A stretch of 64,000 nucleotides of DNA from contig JAQGDQ010000005.1 in assembly GCA_030141605.1 (NCBI GenBank), forward strand, positions 1,426,180 through 1,490,179, given 5' to 3'. Origin of the DNA: Tubiluchus corallicola (taxonomy: Eukaryota > Animalia > Priapulida). Made by a program: the position numbers and the translations under genes. Of this stretch, positions 63,270 to 64,000 are shown in pieces (the stretch's first letter is position 1; the number at the start of each line of letters is the position of its first letter). The notes beneath the pieces were generated by a model. The model was given only the letters and a program-made list of their open reading frames with translations. It made no database searches and was not told the origin of the DNA.

Positions 63270-64000
63270 GTATCCATTTTGTTATATTGAATGACATTGT
63301 GTAATGTAGTATATAAAAGTGTCTTGTTATATGATATTGTAGGAAAATATGTTGTTTTAAAGTTTTATCTCGTGATTAAAATGTAAAGAGCATGCCTTCA
63401 GTTGAAGGAAAATTTGATTTTAAAAGGTTTTTTATAAAAATTTACTAGCTTAAGACTAGCTAGGACATTCTGTAATATGACTTCGAAATAGAGAGTGTGT
63501 AATAAGGACGTCAAAGAAACAATATAAACACTCAAACAATAGTATTTTTGGAGCTTCGACAGCCTATCTGTACAATGCTATGACTGGTAATATACAGCAC
63601 TATGGATACATATGTGCAGTTTTTAAGGACGGGCTATGATGTTATTAACCATAGATGCTTTTTCTTCGAAAAGTAGAAAAATCTGTCCCATAATGTTAGT
63701 GTACAAACTGCAGACATTGAAGAACATTTGGCTGTGTGCAGTGGGACTATGAAGACTGCAAATATAGAAATTAGACACTGCATTTCATACATTTGTTTGG
63801 CTTAAATTATTATTGCCACATTTGGACTATGCAAAAGTCTACACAAACAAACTTTATTACCAAGGCAATAAAAATGTGCTTTGTTTATCTATGCAGGCTA
63901 AATAGCAGCAATATATTTGTCCAACACTTGTTAAGCATGTTAAAAAAACAGTAAACGTGCAAACTTAATCAGTATTACTGTGTAAAAGCCACATCACTTG

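Overview
AT-rich, intron-containing animal (invertebrate) genomic DNA, so most short ORFs in the supplied track are spurious. Five protein genes were assembled by hand from GT-AG splice sites and phase checks. (1,2) Two tandem, intron-poor GT92 (GALT-1-like) type II glycosyltransferases on +, at 8277-10196 and 11885-13273. (3) The first seven exons of COP9 signalosome subunit 3 (COPS3/CSN3) on -, at 14004-25687. Its C-terminal exons are not found in 1-14003, so the GT92 pair is probably nested antisense in a >14 kb COPS3 intron, or this copy is truncated. (4) A complete 36-exon UDP-glucose:glycoprotein glucosyltransferase (UGGT, ~1535 aa, C-terminal HIEL) on -, at 27441-54195. (5) Head-to-head with UGGT, a GH29 alpha-L-fucosidase on +, from 56314 to beyond the window end, with an unusual ~99-aa N-terminal hydrophobic segment plus spacer. 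Introns hold decayed CR1/L2-like LINE fragments, two pogo-type MITEs with TA TSDs, a 9-bp-TSD MITE inserted into a LINE RT motif, inverted pogo transposase relics, a 106-nt hairpin and microsatellites. No rRNA, tRNA or CRISPR array was recognised. Family assignments come from remembered motifs, not database searches.
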